Shown piece after piece: positions 39,707-52,469 of a DNA stretch of 64,000 bases. The translations under genes were made by a program, and so were the position numbers. Origin of the DNA: Lama glama (taxonomy: Eukaryota); contig CM052817.1 of the NCBI GenBank assembly GCA_028534125.1, positions 64,048,001 to 64,112,000 on the forward strand. Reading direction: 5' to 3'. Every line of letters begins with the position of its first letter. Position 1 is the first letter of the stretch. Below the pieces are notes generated by a model. It ran no database searches, was not told the origin of the DNA, and saw nothing but the letters and a program-made list of their open reading frames with translations.

Positions 39707-41004
39707 TTATACCTTACTTTGAAGTAAGAAAATGCCTGAAATTCTAATATGAGAGCAGCAATCCCAGGGGTCCTTGGTATCCTATTAGGGTGTCCATGAG
39801 GTCAAACTGTTTGCATAGTATCATCAAGACTTTTTTTTTTTTTTTTTTATCTTTTTCACTGTGTTGACATTTGCACTGACAGTGGTGCAAAAGGAACTTT
39901 GGGTAAAAAACTTCCAGTACTTCAGTATGTGTGAATCAGGCTAGTAGTAACACCAAGCTGTACTAGTAGTTATTGTATTCTTTCCCATCATATACTTGAG
40001 GTAAAAAGAAAAAAAAATACCAATTTCACTTAAGAATGTCCATGGTGAAGTGAGGGGAAAAAATGTTGTTAAAACTCTCAATCTTTTTGTACACATTTTA
40101 AAAATATACTGTATGATGAAGAGGGAAGTACATATAAAACATTTTCATTGTGTTGTAAAATCTGATGGCTGTTTTGAAGAAAACCACTTGTGCAGCCTTT
40201 TGAGTTGTGAGCTGACTGAGGTACTTTTTTTTCATGTAATAACATGTTTTTAATAACTGAGAGACAAACTGACTTCATATTTGGCAGATATTTTCTCACA
40301 AATGAATGAGAATAATTTGTTGTTTAAAGAAGACAATTGACAGTATTTGTTGCTGGTGATAAAATTAGAGTTTTTAAGATAAAATTAGAATTTTGGAAGA
40401 CTTGTATCACCTTGAACTTACAGCATCCCAGTACTTAGTCTTTAAATAAGTTAACTGATGTTAACAAACATGATAATTTAAATCAGTACAAGGAAATATG
40501 TCAGTCTTTGGAAGATATACATAGCTCCATGACTTAATTTTTTAAATGACCAGTGCATTGATGATAAATGAATGCATGCATAAAAGATTCAAAGAGCAAA
40601 AGAGCAATGAATTTTCCTGTAACAGTTGGCAATGCTCATTGATACTGTTTAAGATTTTACATGGCAGCTAACCTTTGAAAAACTATCAGTTGTCAAGTTT
40701 TGGTGTAGTATCAGAGAAAATCCACGATTATCTGAAAAGGCTGTTAAAATACTCTCCTGTCTTCCAACTACGTGTATGTGTGAAGTTGAACTGCTCATCT
40801 ACTCAACCAAAACAACAAATTATAAAAAATTCAGTACAGTAGCATATCTGAGACTACAGTTTTCTTCTATCAAGGCAGACATTACAGAAATTTGGCAAAA
40901 TATAACATATTGCTACTCTTTTCATTATTGGGCTTTGAAATATAGTTATTTTTATTAGAAACTTAATTATGTTAACAGATAATGGTTTTATAATTGTTAG
41001 TTTT

Positions 41005-41201
41005 TTTGTACAGTTTTTAATTGAAGTATAGTCAATTTACAATGTGCCAATTTCTGGTGTTCAGCATAATGCTTCAGCCATACATGCACATACATATATT
41101 TATTTTCATATTCTTTTTCACCATAAATTACCACAAGATATTGAATGTAGTTCCCTGTGCTATACAGTATGAACTTGTTGTTTATTTTATATATATGTTA
41201 G
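41005..41201 (-). mobile_element. L1 3' fragment
   Basis: Perfect 16 bp TSD tataattgttagtttt (40989-41004, 41202-41217) followed by aaa. L1 3' UTR sequence. Confidence 0.85.
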
Positions 41202-41311
41202 TATAATTGTTAGTTTTAAATGAATTATTAAAATGAATATTTGAAAGTCTCAGCTTTAATTTTTAGTATGTTAAATATCAATAGAAATAATTGATGTAAA
41301 AGGAGCTCTTT

Positions 41312-43286
41312 TATACATAATGCTATACACAGAAAATCCTAAAGGCACCATCAGAAAACTACTAGAGCTCATCAATGAATTCAGTAAAGTTGCAGGATAC
41401 AAAGTTAATATATAGAAATATGTTGCATTTCTATATGCTAGTACTGAACTGTCAGAAATAGAAATTAAGAAAACAATCCTATTTACCATCACATCAAAAA
41501 GAATAAAATATCTAATAAACAAGCTAAAAGATCTATACTCAGAAAACTACGAGACACTGATGAAAGAAATTGAAGACACAAACAGATGGAAAGATACACT
41601 GTGTTCTTGGATTGGAAGAATTAGTATTGTTAAAATGACCATACTACCCAAGGAAGTCTACAGATTTAATACAATCCCTGTCAAAATACCAAGGGCATTT
41701 TTCACAGAACTAGAACAAATAATTTTAAAATTTGTATGCAAACACAAAAGACCCTGAATAGACCAAAAATCTTGAGAAAGAAGAACAGAGCTGGAAGAAT
41801 GATGCTCCCTGACTTCAGACTACACTACAAAGTTACAGTAATCAAAACTGGTACTGGCACAAAAATAGACTTATAGACCATTGGAACAAGATAGAGAGCC
41901 CAGAACTAAACCCATGCACTTATGGTCGATTAATCTATGACAAAGGAGGCAAGAATATACAATGGAAAAAAGACAGTCTCTTCAATAAGTGTTGCTGGGA
42001 AAACTGGACAGCTACATGTAAAAGAATGAAATTAGAACATTCTCTAACACCATATACAAAAGTAAACTCAAAATGAATTAAAGACCTAAATGTAAAACTG
42101 GATATTATAAAACTCCTAGAGGAAAACATAGGCAGAACACTCTTGGGCATAAATTGCAGCAGTATTTTTCAAACCAGTTCCTAGAATAATGGCAATAAAA
42201 GCAAAAATAAGCAAATAGGACCTAATTAAACTTAAAAGCTTTTGGACATCCAGGGATGCCATAAACAAAATTAAAAGACAACCTACAGAATTGGAGAAAA
42301 TATTTGCTAATGATATGAGCTATAAAGGGTTAATAACCAACATATATAAACATCTCATACAGCTCAACATCAGAAAAACAAACAACCTGATTAAAAAATG
42401 GGCAGAAGACCTGAATAGACATTTTTCCAAAGAGGACATGCAGATGGCACATGAAAAGAAGCTCAACATCATTAATCATCAGGGAAATGCAAATCAAAAC
42501 CACAGTGAAGTATCACCTCATACCTGACAGAAGGGCTATCATCAACAAGAACATAAATAACAAATATTGGCTGAGATGTGGAGAAAAGGGAACCCTTGTA
42601 CACTGTTCGTGAGAATGTAAATTGATCCAGCCACTGTGGAAAACACTATCGAGGTTTCTCAAAAAAACCAAAAACAGAACTGTGATATAACCTAGCAATT
42701 CCAGTCCTGTCTGGAAAAACCAAAACACTAGTTGGAAGAGATACATGCACTCCAATGTTCATAGCATTTTTTGCAGTTGCCAAGATATGGAAGCAGCCTA
42801 AGTGTCCACCAACAGATGAATGGATAAAAAAGAGGTGGCATACATACACAATGAAATACCACTCAGCCCATAAAGAAGAATAAAATCTTACTGTTTGCCA
42901 CAACATGGATGTACCTCAAGGGTATTATGCTAAATGAAATAAGTCAGACAGAGAAAGACAAATACTGTATATCACTTATATGTGGAATCTAAAAAATACA
43001 ATAAACCAGTGAATAAAGCAAAAAAGAAACAGACTCACAGAGAACAAACTAGTGGTTATCCGTGGGAAGAAAGAACAGGGAAGGGACAACATAGTGGTAG
43101 GGGATTAGGAAGTACAAACTATTATATATAAAATAAGTTACAAGGGTATATTGCATAACATAGGAAATGTAGCCAATATTTTATAATAACTGTAAATGGA
43201 ACATAACCTTTAAAAATTGTGAATCACTATATTGTACACTTGTAACTTATAGTTTACATCAACTGTACTTCAGTAAAAATTTTTTT
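41312..43286 (+). mobile_element. 5'-truncated L1 (ORF2 C-terminal part plus 3' UTR), sense to RAP1GDS1
   Basis: ORF2 remnants ([42 protein letters not shown]) with frameshifts. Imperfect TSD aaa(g)gagctcttt. Confidence 0.93.
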
Positions 43287-43915
43287 AAAGAGCTCTTTGG
43301 TACTCTAGATAATTTTTAGTTGTGTAAAAAGATTTTAGCAATCTGTGGTCTGTAGGAATTCACATATAGTTTAGGAGGAGAGCATTGCTTTATAATCCAA
43401 AATGTACATGTTTTAGCTTAAAGCAGTACTTTGAAGTGTTTTTTAAATGGCAATGTTAAAACAGGTTTTGTCATCATCAAACTTTGTATTATTTTAAGTC
43501 ATATTATTTTGAAACTTTTCTAAACCTTCATTTTCATTATATGTATTTGAAATAAAACAGAGGAAGCCAAGAATGAAATAAAGTATTATTTTCAAAGCTG
43601 TGTAATTTTTTTGGGCTTTTAGTTTTTTTCAGTTAACCATGGCTGGTTGCTGTACAAGCTAAATAAGGTATAAGAATGCTGAGAAAGATGTTCTGTGACA
43701 ATCTGTGGAATATTCCTGGCATCTTACAGACACAGAATTAATATTTTGTATGAGTTAAATGGATAAACTTTTATTTTAAAAAATTCTAATTGTATAGTCC
43801 ATTGTCATTTTAGAATGTATGTGGAAATTAACTCACTGTAATGGGAGCATCATGTATCATATGATGGTCATAAAATTAGTAAGGCTTCTGATTTCTCTTT
43901 TTTTTCTCTAAGCAG

Positions 43916-44023
43916 ATAATCTCAGTGATACCTTGAAGAAGCTGAAGATAACAGCTGTTGACAGAACTGATGATAGCTTAGAAGGATGCTTGGATTGTCT
44001 ACTTCAAGCCTTGGCTCAAAGTA
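43916..44023 (+). CDS. RAP1GDS1: RAP1GDS1 coding exon 2 (108 nt; 111 nt if the AAG acceptor is used and the exon starts at 43913)
   Basis: Polypyrimidine tract plus aagcag acceptor; gtaagt donor at 44024. Translates (D)NLSDTLKKLKITAVDRTDDSLEGCLDCLLQALAQS(N), which I recognise as the SmgGDS N-terminus. Confidence 0.96.
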
Positions 44024-45276
44024 GTAAGTTTTATTATGTTTATTCAAGTGCCAAACAAACAAATCAAATCAACAATCATTCAGAAATTGGTCTATAGTTT
44101 AGCACATAACTTGAATTCTTTTGAATCCTATCCCTGAATACTGAGGCTGTTTTACATGTTCCACCCTCCTACTCCACCTCCCCACCCCAAGGTACTGAAA
44201 GCCAAATTGATAGGCAGAAGAAAGGAGGAATTGAGTGGTGGTGATGACATTAATACCAGTCCCAGAGAGAGGCCATTCTTAATGGATAAGCGTGGAAGTT
44301 GTTCTTCTTAATGCCTACTTTTGTGCTTTTTAAAAAAAGACTATTTATATGTGGGGAGAAGAAACGGAGCATAAAACACTTAAAATTGTTTTTTTTGAGA
44401 TCTTTTAAATTATTTTACTTTAAAATAATATGTATGCTTAGATTTAATTGGAAAGAGCCATCAGCAGTCATCCAAAAATCCCTTAAAATTGAGGTAAGGC
44501 TTAATCTTTGGTGGTGTGGTAAATAATACTAGAGATAAAAATTATACAACTCTTTATTGACTAATACATTGTATTGTTGCATTTGGTCCATCATATTTCT
44601 GTTCACTAATTTGTGTTAGCACTGTGAATAGATAGATACAGAATGATTTTCATTTGTTCCCTTAATTCTGCTTGGTTGTGCTATGGTTGTGCTGCATTTG
44701 TTTTTAATTATGACATTATCTTATCTTGGGACTAATTATGTAGCTGACAGATGATTCAGGAGAAAGTATAAAATATGTTGTTAAAGTTCAGTTTCGTGCA
44801 CTCTAAGGTATACACATTTTTTTTCTTTTTAAGTAAACTGATTAGAAAATTTTAAATAATTGTTGCACTCTTCATCGAACAGCACATGTTAAGGCTAGCT
44901 TTTAAAAATCTATTTCAGTAGTTCTCTTAGCCTTTGAGATCATAACTGTCAAGCTGTTTAATCTTAGAGATAACAGAGAAGTGGTTTAAGACAAGAAGTT
45001 CAGTAAGAACATCTGGATAAGGGTCCCAGTGGTAAAGAAAAAGAACAATAAAAGAGAATGTCTAAGGCTGTGCTATCCATTATAGTAGGTATGAGTGGCT
45101 ATTTAAATTTAATAACTAAATTTAATATAATTAAAAGCTAAGTTTCTTAGTATAACTTTTCAGTAGCCATAGTTGACTGGAATTATTCTTAGAGAGTATG
45201 ACATCTGAACCACCTTGTAAGACAAACTACTAGCATAAATTAAAGGCCCCCAAGTAAGCAAAATTAACAGTCTATT

Positions 45277-45773
45277 TGTTACCCAAAAGGGAAATGGAAA
45301 AGATCCCAGTTATTGTCTTTCCTGAAAGGTAAGATTTACAGGCGGGAGTTGAAAAGTGTTGTGTAGCTAAAAGATTTATTTAGGAAAAGAGCACACCTCC
45401 AGTAGTGGGAGGTGGGCTGATTCAAGGGGGAATCGCAGTATCCTTTGTCTCCCATTTCTCTTATACCCTTGCTTAGAGGTGTTCTTTTGACTGATTGAGG
45501 GCTCTTGTCCCTGGAATGCTCAGCTATGTTTGGCCCCTTTGTGCATGTCCTTACCCATGGTATACATAGAAAAACCCATTGTGGGGGCCCCTAAATCGCA
45601 GTGTTAATTATAATACAATGAACATTGGATCGTGTCCAGTTTTTCTTGATGGCACTCATTTAGGAGAAGTAAAGTCCCTTTATGCTGGAGGCAGACATAA
45701 TGCCATCTTCTGGACATTCCTCCCTCTCCTCCACCTATCTGCCCTGTGCCCCCACTTATCTAACTACCTAATA
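45277..45773 (-). mobile_element. ERV1-class solo LTR, distantly related to the two upstream LTRs
   Basis: Termini tgttaccc...tatctaactacctaata, 4 bp TSD tatt, tttatt (minus-strand AATAAA) at ~45375. Confidence 0.8.
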
Positions 45774-46539
45774 TATTCATAATAAAAATTTTATTCCATT
45801 GTAAGAGCATGGGGACCATGTTTTGTTGCTGCAGAAGCACTAAACAGTGATCACCAACACAGCTTAAACATTTTTTTTTCCTAACAGATTAGGCTGTTTT
45901 CCTGTGTTTCATTGCCTTGCATACCTTTATGTTTTAACTTTGGTTAATTGCTTGATGACAATTCCTGCTTCATACACATTGTCACATAATTGTTTATTTT
46001 CTATAGAAAACCCTATGAAAGAACACCAGTTTACTTGTCTTTAAAGAAAAAAAGTACTATGTAGTGCCATATTCCTTACTTTATAATGCTTATTGATTTG
46101 TTGATAGATTTCCTAAGGAACTTTGAAACTTATTATCAACTTTTTCAATAGCCATGTTAAATCTGGTGTTACTAAACATGAAAGATTGTTGCTGTTTTAG
46201 TAGAAATGAGAATTTATTTTACTTTATTCTTTTATAGTAATATCTAGATTTCACTTTTTTACCCTAAGTTATCAAGTGCATCAAAGCAATATGTTTCCTT
46301 TGCAAGCTGAATTCATTATGTTGTTCACCTCCTTTACATATTTTTGTATTATGTGGCTCTTTAAGTTACTGTGAACATCATTCATGAGGGCTTATGACTG
46401 GTGCTAATCATAAATTACCAAAGGTTCAATTTTTACTAAATAAAGGTAGTACTTGAAGAATAGAGAGACTAGAACTAGACTAAACTAGAGAACATGGTCA
46501 ACTGAAGACACTGACAGTTCTTGATGAACTCAGACTCCT

Positions 46540-48070
46540 GGATTGCCATAGAATAGTGGTTGCCACCTAAATCTGAATTTTTCCATACAATCTCTAAAAA
46601 GCCATACAAATCAACAGAGAGATCAAATAAAACCAAATAACCTATGCCTTCAGCATAACTAGGAGACAGACTAAGAATTTCAGATATTAGGGAAAGAAAT
46701 AAATATTCCAAATCTAGCTTACTCAGCTTCAGAGCCCATTACAGAGAGAGTTTGGTGACAACTGCAGAGACTACATGGAAAAGACAAGAGAGGTTGAATC
46801 AGGAGCCTAGGGGTGATAGTATACAATTAAAATTGCCTTTAGAAAGAAAAAGTCTTCTGTTGGTGGGAAAATACTAAAATCTGGTCTTAGATTCGACTAG
46901 AACATTGGCTATAGGGAAATCGAAAGGAGGAGACTTAAAAGTACACAGGACCCTAGGCAACAGATGAGGACAGTGCCCCTTGTGGGGATGAAATTATTCT
47001 CCCTTGTAGACTTTGTGGTGAAGGGAAAGAAGGATGCAAGATGGGGAAACTAAGTGTTCTGTGGAAATAAGAAAATCATACTGTTAGAAGACACACTAAC
47101 AACCCCCTTTGGTTTAAGTTTAGAAGAGGGAGTTTTTGAACTAAGAAACCTAGGTATTCATCCCAAATCTTTACCCTTACTGCATACAACTTTTATTGCT
47201 AGTTAAGGAAGAGAAAAATACCACTGAGTAGGAAATTGCAGGTGATATACACACATTGGGGCTACAAAGAACAAAGCAGAAAATACAAATCAAAACATTT
47301 TTGCTATTAAATTTTTTTCTCCGAAACCAACCATGAAGCGGTTATTAGTAATAGAACATCACGACGTCTATTAAACATCTTAAGCCTTTGCAGATATGAA
47401 AAGAAAAAAAAGTCTGAGTAAGAAATTCAGAAACTTGGAAACAAAGTGAATAAATACCAGGAAGATGTGAAGAAAGAGTTGACTAGAAGATATTGAAGAA
47501 AAAGTATCATTTTAGGAATTAAGACTGCATTATATGGTACCAAGGAAGAGTAGAGGTGACTGAAAATCTAATTAGGAGCATTGAAGTAAATGGGCCAAAT
47601 GGAGATAAAATAAAGGATCAGATCAACATGCATGCAATTGGAGTCTTTAAGGAGAAAAATATAACATTGAAACAGAGCTAATATTTAAAACTATGAACTT
47701 TCCTTAAGTTAAAAAAAAGACCAGAATCTACATGTTGAAAGGAGTCATCATGTACTTGTGAAAATTGACCTTGAAGAAGTCTAGCAAAACTTTTAAACTT
47801 TAAAATTAAGAATAAGTACAAAGGAGAAATCCTCAGGGCCTGAATGCCAAAAGATCAAGATATTTAAAATGAAAAGAAAATCATATTGGCATCAGACTCT
47901 TCAACAACAATATGCAAAGCAATTCAATATTAGAGCAGTGGTTTCAGAAAACTCAAGGAATAAGACTTTTATATTGAGCCAAGGTAGTATCAAGGCTGTA
48001 GAAAAATACTGTTAAACATGGAAGAACACAAGAAGTACTATACTCATTAGACTTCTAGAGGAATCTTCTA
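46540..48070 (+). mobile_element. Ancient L1 (L1M-type) 5' region and ORF1 remnant
   Basis: A-rich degenerate ORF1 sequence, e.g. atattggcatcagactcttcaacaacaa, resembling the IRLASDFS motif. Confidence 0.6.
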
Positions 48071-48072
48071 AA

Positions 48073-48300
48073 CTTGTGCTGTTCAATACAGTATCAGTTC
48101 TGTGACATGGCTATTGAGCATCTGAAATGAGGCTAGTCTGAATTTAGGTATGCAATAGGTATAAAATACATATTATATTTCAAAGACTTAGTATCCCCCC
48201 AAAAGTAAAATAGCTCATTAACAGTTTTTAAATTATTGATTACATATTGAATCTCATTTTTAAAATTCTATAAAATATTTATAAATATTTTATTTCTATT
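48073..48300. mobile_element. MER3/MER33-like hAT MITE
   Basis: tgtgctgttcaataca...catggctattgagcatctgaaatgaggctagtctgaatt. A related fragment lies at ~45066-45180. Confidence 0.6.
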
Positions 48301-50093
48301 GGAGCTTTATAGGCCATCATTTCTTGAATGGGTGATGGCTGACCAAAGTAGGTTTAAGAGTTGGGCCAGCCAGTATGATATGATGCAAATGCAGCTTAGA
48401 AACAAAATCAATGTCACTGTTAATCATCAACAAAAGAAAGATATAACATGATACTGGGTGTTGTCTGTATACCTTCTGCGTACTTGCTGCCTACCTTCTG
48501 ATATGTTTTTAAGCACTATGTTTCATACAGGGCCAAAAAAAGCTCTCATTATGTACAGTCTCCAGGAGATAAGCCTCCATTGGTATTTGTAGATTGTGAT
48601 TGAAGCATTGGCAGAGGATCTTGGTTTTTTAACATTAGCTAATTAATAAATGGTGCCATTTTTGCTTCTTAGGTTTGCTAAATTTGAAAAGCTTCTTATG
48701 TTCCTAAAAGTAAAGTATGTGAGAGAAATGTGATTAGAAATGATGCTATGTATGTATGCCAGATATATAGTGAAAAAGATCTGCTATCCTCAGTATACTA
48801 CTAGTACTATCACTAAGTTACTGAGAGAGAAGTGATGGGTTTGTGCTGCTGTGTCTTCCTAACATTCTTTCCAACAGGGTCCTATGTGACTCTGTATCTG
48901 CAGCTAGCTGTGGGTCTTCTATGGCCATACTTGATTGTAAACACTAACTCAATATGTCCTGAACATGTTAAAGAATATGAGGCATGCAAATTTGCAAAGA
49001 ATATGCAAGCAATGCAAAGAATTTGAGGACTTTAATTGGTATAATGAATTAATAAGAATTATATAGTCTCAACAGAAAAGTGTAGTCTGATATTTAAAGG
49101 AAAATGGCTTAAACTAAGAAATTGATTAAATTAACCTATTTTCAGTGCCTTTATTGTGATTATAGATGTTTGAACCTGGTATTAAAGATATGAGCAGTGG
49201 CATAACTTCTTTTTAGCTCCTTTAGTACTTAATAGTCCATGATGGTTGTTTCTAGAAAGCTTTCTTACATAGACTAAATCCTTTCACTTTTACCTCTTGT
49301 AATTCAGATTTCCTGAGTACACACTTGGCATTGTAAAACAAAGGTTAAAGTTTTACCGTTAGGTAGACTTTGGAATTTATAAATGAGACATTTTGAGGAA
49401 TTTTTTAAATGAATGAATCATTGTTTTTCCTCGTGGAATCCTCTGTATAAAATACATACATTCTTAAAAAAATCAAGACCACCAGGTACCTCTAAACTAT
49501 AAATCCTCAACCTAATCAATTAATATTTAAAACAGTAAATATCCACCATTTTTATTATTTTAAAGTTTGTTTATAATACCATTATTTGTTGAAAGCTTTA
49601 ATACTAGAGGAAGATTTTCTTAAGAATATAAAATACAACATGGTTTTACAATCTCAGATTCAAGGTCATTTTGTATAATAGTGAGGTTCAGTACAATTTA
49701 TATCTTTGTGTATTCAGGGACAAATATTTACTTAGTGGGAATTAGCACCTAAAGAATAATTAATATTAATAATATTAATGATATATTTTAGAATGAATGG
49801 TTATTAAATTGTCTGATAAACACTATAGAAAATTTCTCCATTTAATAATTTATAACCCCAAAGGTTCAAAACTACAGTCAGTAAAGTATTAATTTTGTTA
49901 ACAGAAAATTGTTTTTCTTAAGATCACAGGGTCATACCATATCAGCCTTTGAATTATGTCTTTAGCTGTAAATTTAGGTGTTAATTTTTTTGTTTTTATT
50001 ACTTAACCCTGAAAATGTGAACTTGATTGCTTATTATTTTTCTTACTTTATCTTAATAGTTTTACATAAATGTAAATGTAATTCTACATGTAG

Positions 50094-50204
50094 GGTTTTT
50101 AAAAATTATTAAAACAATTTTTTTTAAATTGAGGTCCTGGGAATTCAACCCAGGACCTTCTGCATGCTAAGCATGTGCTCTACCACTGAGCTATTACCCA
50201 CCCC
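50094..50204 (-). mobile_element. Minimal tRNA-Ala(AGC)-derived SINE or retrocopy
   Basis: Minus strand ggggtgggtaatagctcagtggtagagcacatgcttagcatgcagaaggtcctgggttgaattcccaggacctca plus A-rich tail. TSD tctacatgtag at 50083 and 50205. Confidence 0.82.
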
Positions 50205-50904
50205 TCTACATGTAGTTTTACGTAATGTAGCTTTATATAGATTCCTCTTAGACATTTTTAATGTCATGTGAATTTTGGTATCTTAAGACTTAATGAAATA
50301 TGAATATAAATAATTTTATAATTAAAATTTTTTTTAATACTTGGCATTTAAAATCATTTTAAAGGTTTCTAACATTTCACTTGGAAAAAAAGAAACACAC
50401 AGAAAAGTAGGTAATTGAAGTAAGTTCTCCTTTTGGAGGTTTTATTTAATATGAATCTTAACTCACATAAACTTATAGTTTATTATGTGAAACTGGAAGA
50501 GATGTGTTACTCATTTATTATTTACTGCAATTTTCATTTTTTGAGTTATGAATGTATTTGAATATTAATAACCAACTGTAAAAGTTGTTGAAATAGGAAA
50601 AATAGTCATAACATTAAAGACAAAATTGAGACTGAAAGATTAAATCTTTGCTTCAAGTATTCAAAGTAAGGGAAGTGGAAAAGTTCCCAAATTAAGAAAC
50701 ACTTTTTAGAAACACTAAGAAGGAGTTGAAGAAATTTATACTAGGTCAGAAATATATCTTCTTAACTGAATATAAGATACTACATTATTTTCTCTTTGGT
50801 ACACAATAGGATCTTGATGAAGAATACTATGGCCAAAAGTATTATATGCCATGTTTTTAACCATATGTAGTTCATGGTCATTTTACTCTATTGTAACAGA
50901 TCAC

Positions 50905-52120
50905 AAGATAAATCATAGCAATATTTTTTTTGGATCTGACTCCTAAGGTGGCAAAAGAAATAAAAGTAAAAATAAGCAAATGGGACCTAATTAAACTAAA
51001 AGCTTTTGCACAGCAAAGGAAGCCATCAACAAAACGAAAAGACAACCTACAGAATGGGAAAAAATAGTTGCATATGATATGACTGATAAGGGGTTAATAG
51101 CCAAAATATATAAACAACTCAATATCAAAAAGAAACAAAGAACCCGATTGAAAAATGGGTAGAAGATATGAATAAACATAATTCCAAAGAAGATATACAG
51201 ATAGCCAACAGGCATATGAAAAAATGCTCAACATCAATGATCATCAGAGAAATGCAAATCAAAACCACCTGAGATATCATCTCATACCTGTCAAAATGAC
51301 TGTTACCAAAAAGTCTACAAGTAGCAAATGTTGGCTATGATGTGGAGAAAAGGGAACCCTAATACACTGTTGTGGGATTATAAATTGGTGCAGCTACTAC
51401 AGAAAACAGTATGTAGGTTCCTCAAAAAAACTAGAAACAAAACTACCACATTATCCAGCAATTCCCCTGCTAGGTATATATCCGAAGAAAACACTGGTTC
51501 CAAAAAGATACATGCACCCCAATATTCATAGCAGCATTATTTACAATAGCCAAGATATGGAAGAAGTTATATAAGTGCCCTTTACCAGATGAATAGATAA
51601 AGAAGTGGTGTGTACACACACACACACACACGCATATACACACATACATACATACACACACAATGGAATACTGCTCAGCCCTAAAAAAGAATGAGATTCT
51701 GCCATTTGCAGCAATGTGGATGGACGTAGAGAGTATTATGCTTAGTAAAGTAAGTCAGAGAGAGAGACAAATAGTCTGTTATCACTTATATGTGGAATCT
51801 AAAAAAATAAAATGAATGAATGTAACAAAACAGACTCACAGATATAGAAAACAAACTAGTGGTTACCTGTGGAGAGAGGTAAGGGGTGGTCAATGAAGAA
51901 GAATATGAGATTAAGATATATAAACTATGGTGTATAAAATAAGCAACAAGGATATATTGTACAGCACAGGGAAATACAACCATTGTTTTGTAATAACTTT
52001 AAATGGAGTATAATATATAAAAACATTGAATCACTATGTTGTACACCTGAAGCTAACATAATATTATAAATAAAAAATACTTCAAAAGTAAAGAGACCAA
52101 TAAACAAATAAATAAATAAA
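50905..52120 (+). mobile_element. 5'-truncated L1 (ORF2 end plus 3' UTR) with an internal CA microsatellite at ~51613-51662
   Basis: aatgggacctaattaaactaaaagcttttgcacagcaaagg ... cacttatatgtggaatctaaaaa; collinear with 42130-43280. Confidence 0.92.
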
Positions 52121-52469
52121 AGCAAATACATCCTCTGTCCTCAAAAAAAAAAACACTATTAACTGAGAAAGTGTGAATATTTCATGTTTTTAGTAAGATA
52201 GAGTTTAGTTGTAATTTTCTAGATAATATTCATATAGTGGGCAATAAAATATAGAGAATCTTTATTCTCTTAATTTTTTTTTTTTACTAGAAACTAGTAG
52301 TATTCAGTATTCAGTGCCTTCTATTGTCAGATACATTCACTTGGAAATTTGGGCTGTTTTACCACCAGTTTAAAAAAAAACCACATTGTGTGACTTCTTG
52401 AGATTGAAGAAAGCTAGCGCATGTAGGTAGTCAAAGTAAGTTTTTTTCCCCTGACTCTAATTATACAGG

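Larger units (their letters stand above)
39755..43350 (+). mobile_element. Charlie1-like hAT fossil hosting two L1 insertions
   Basis: Charlie1-type start (gtgtccatgaggtcaaact) and dimerisation-domain remnant KILSCLPTTCMCE at ~40746. The 3' end resumes after the L1 at 43287 (gagctctttggtactctagataatttttag). Confidence 0.72.
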
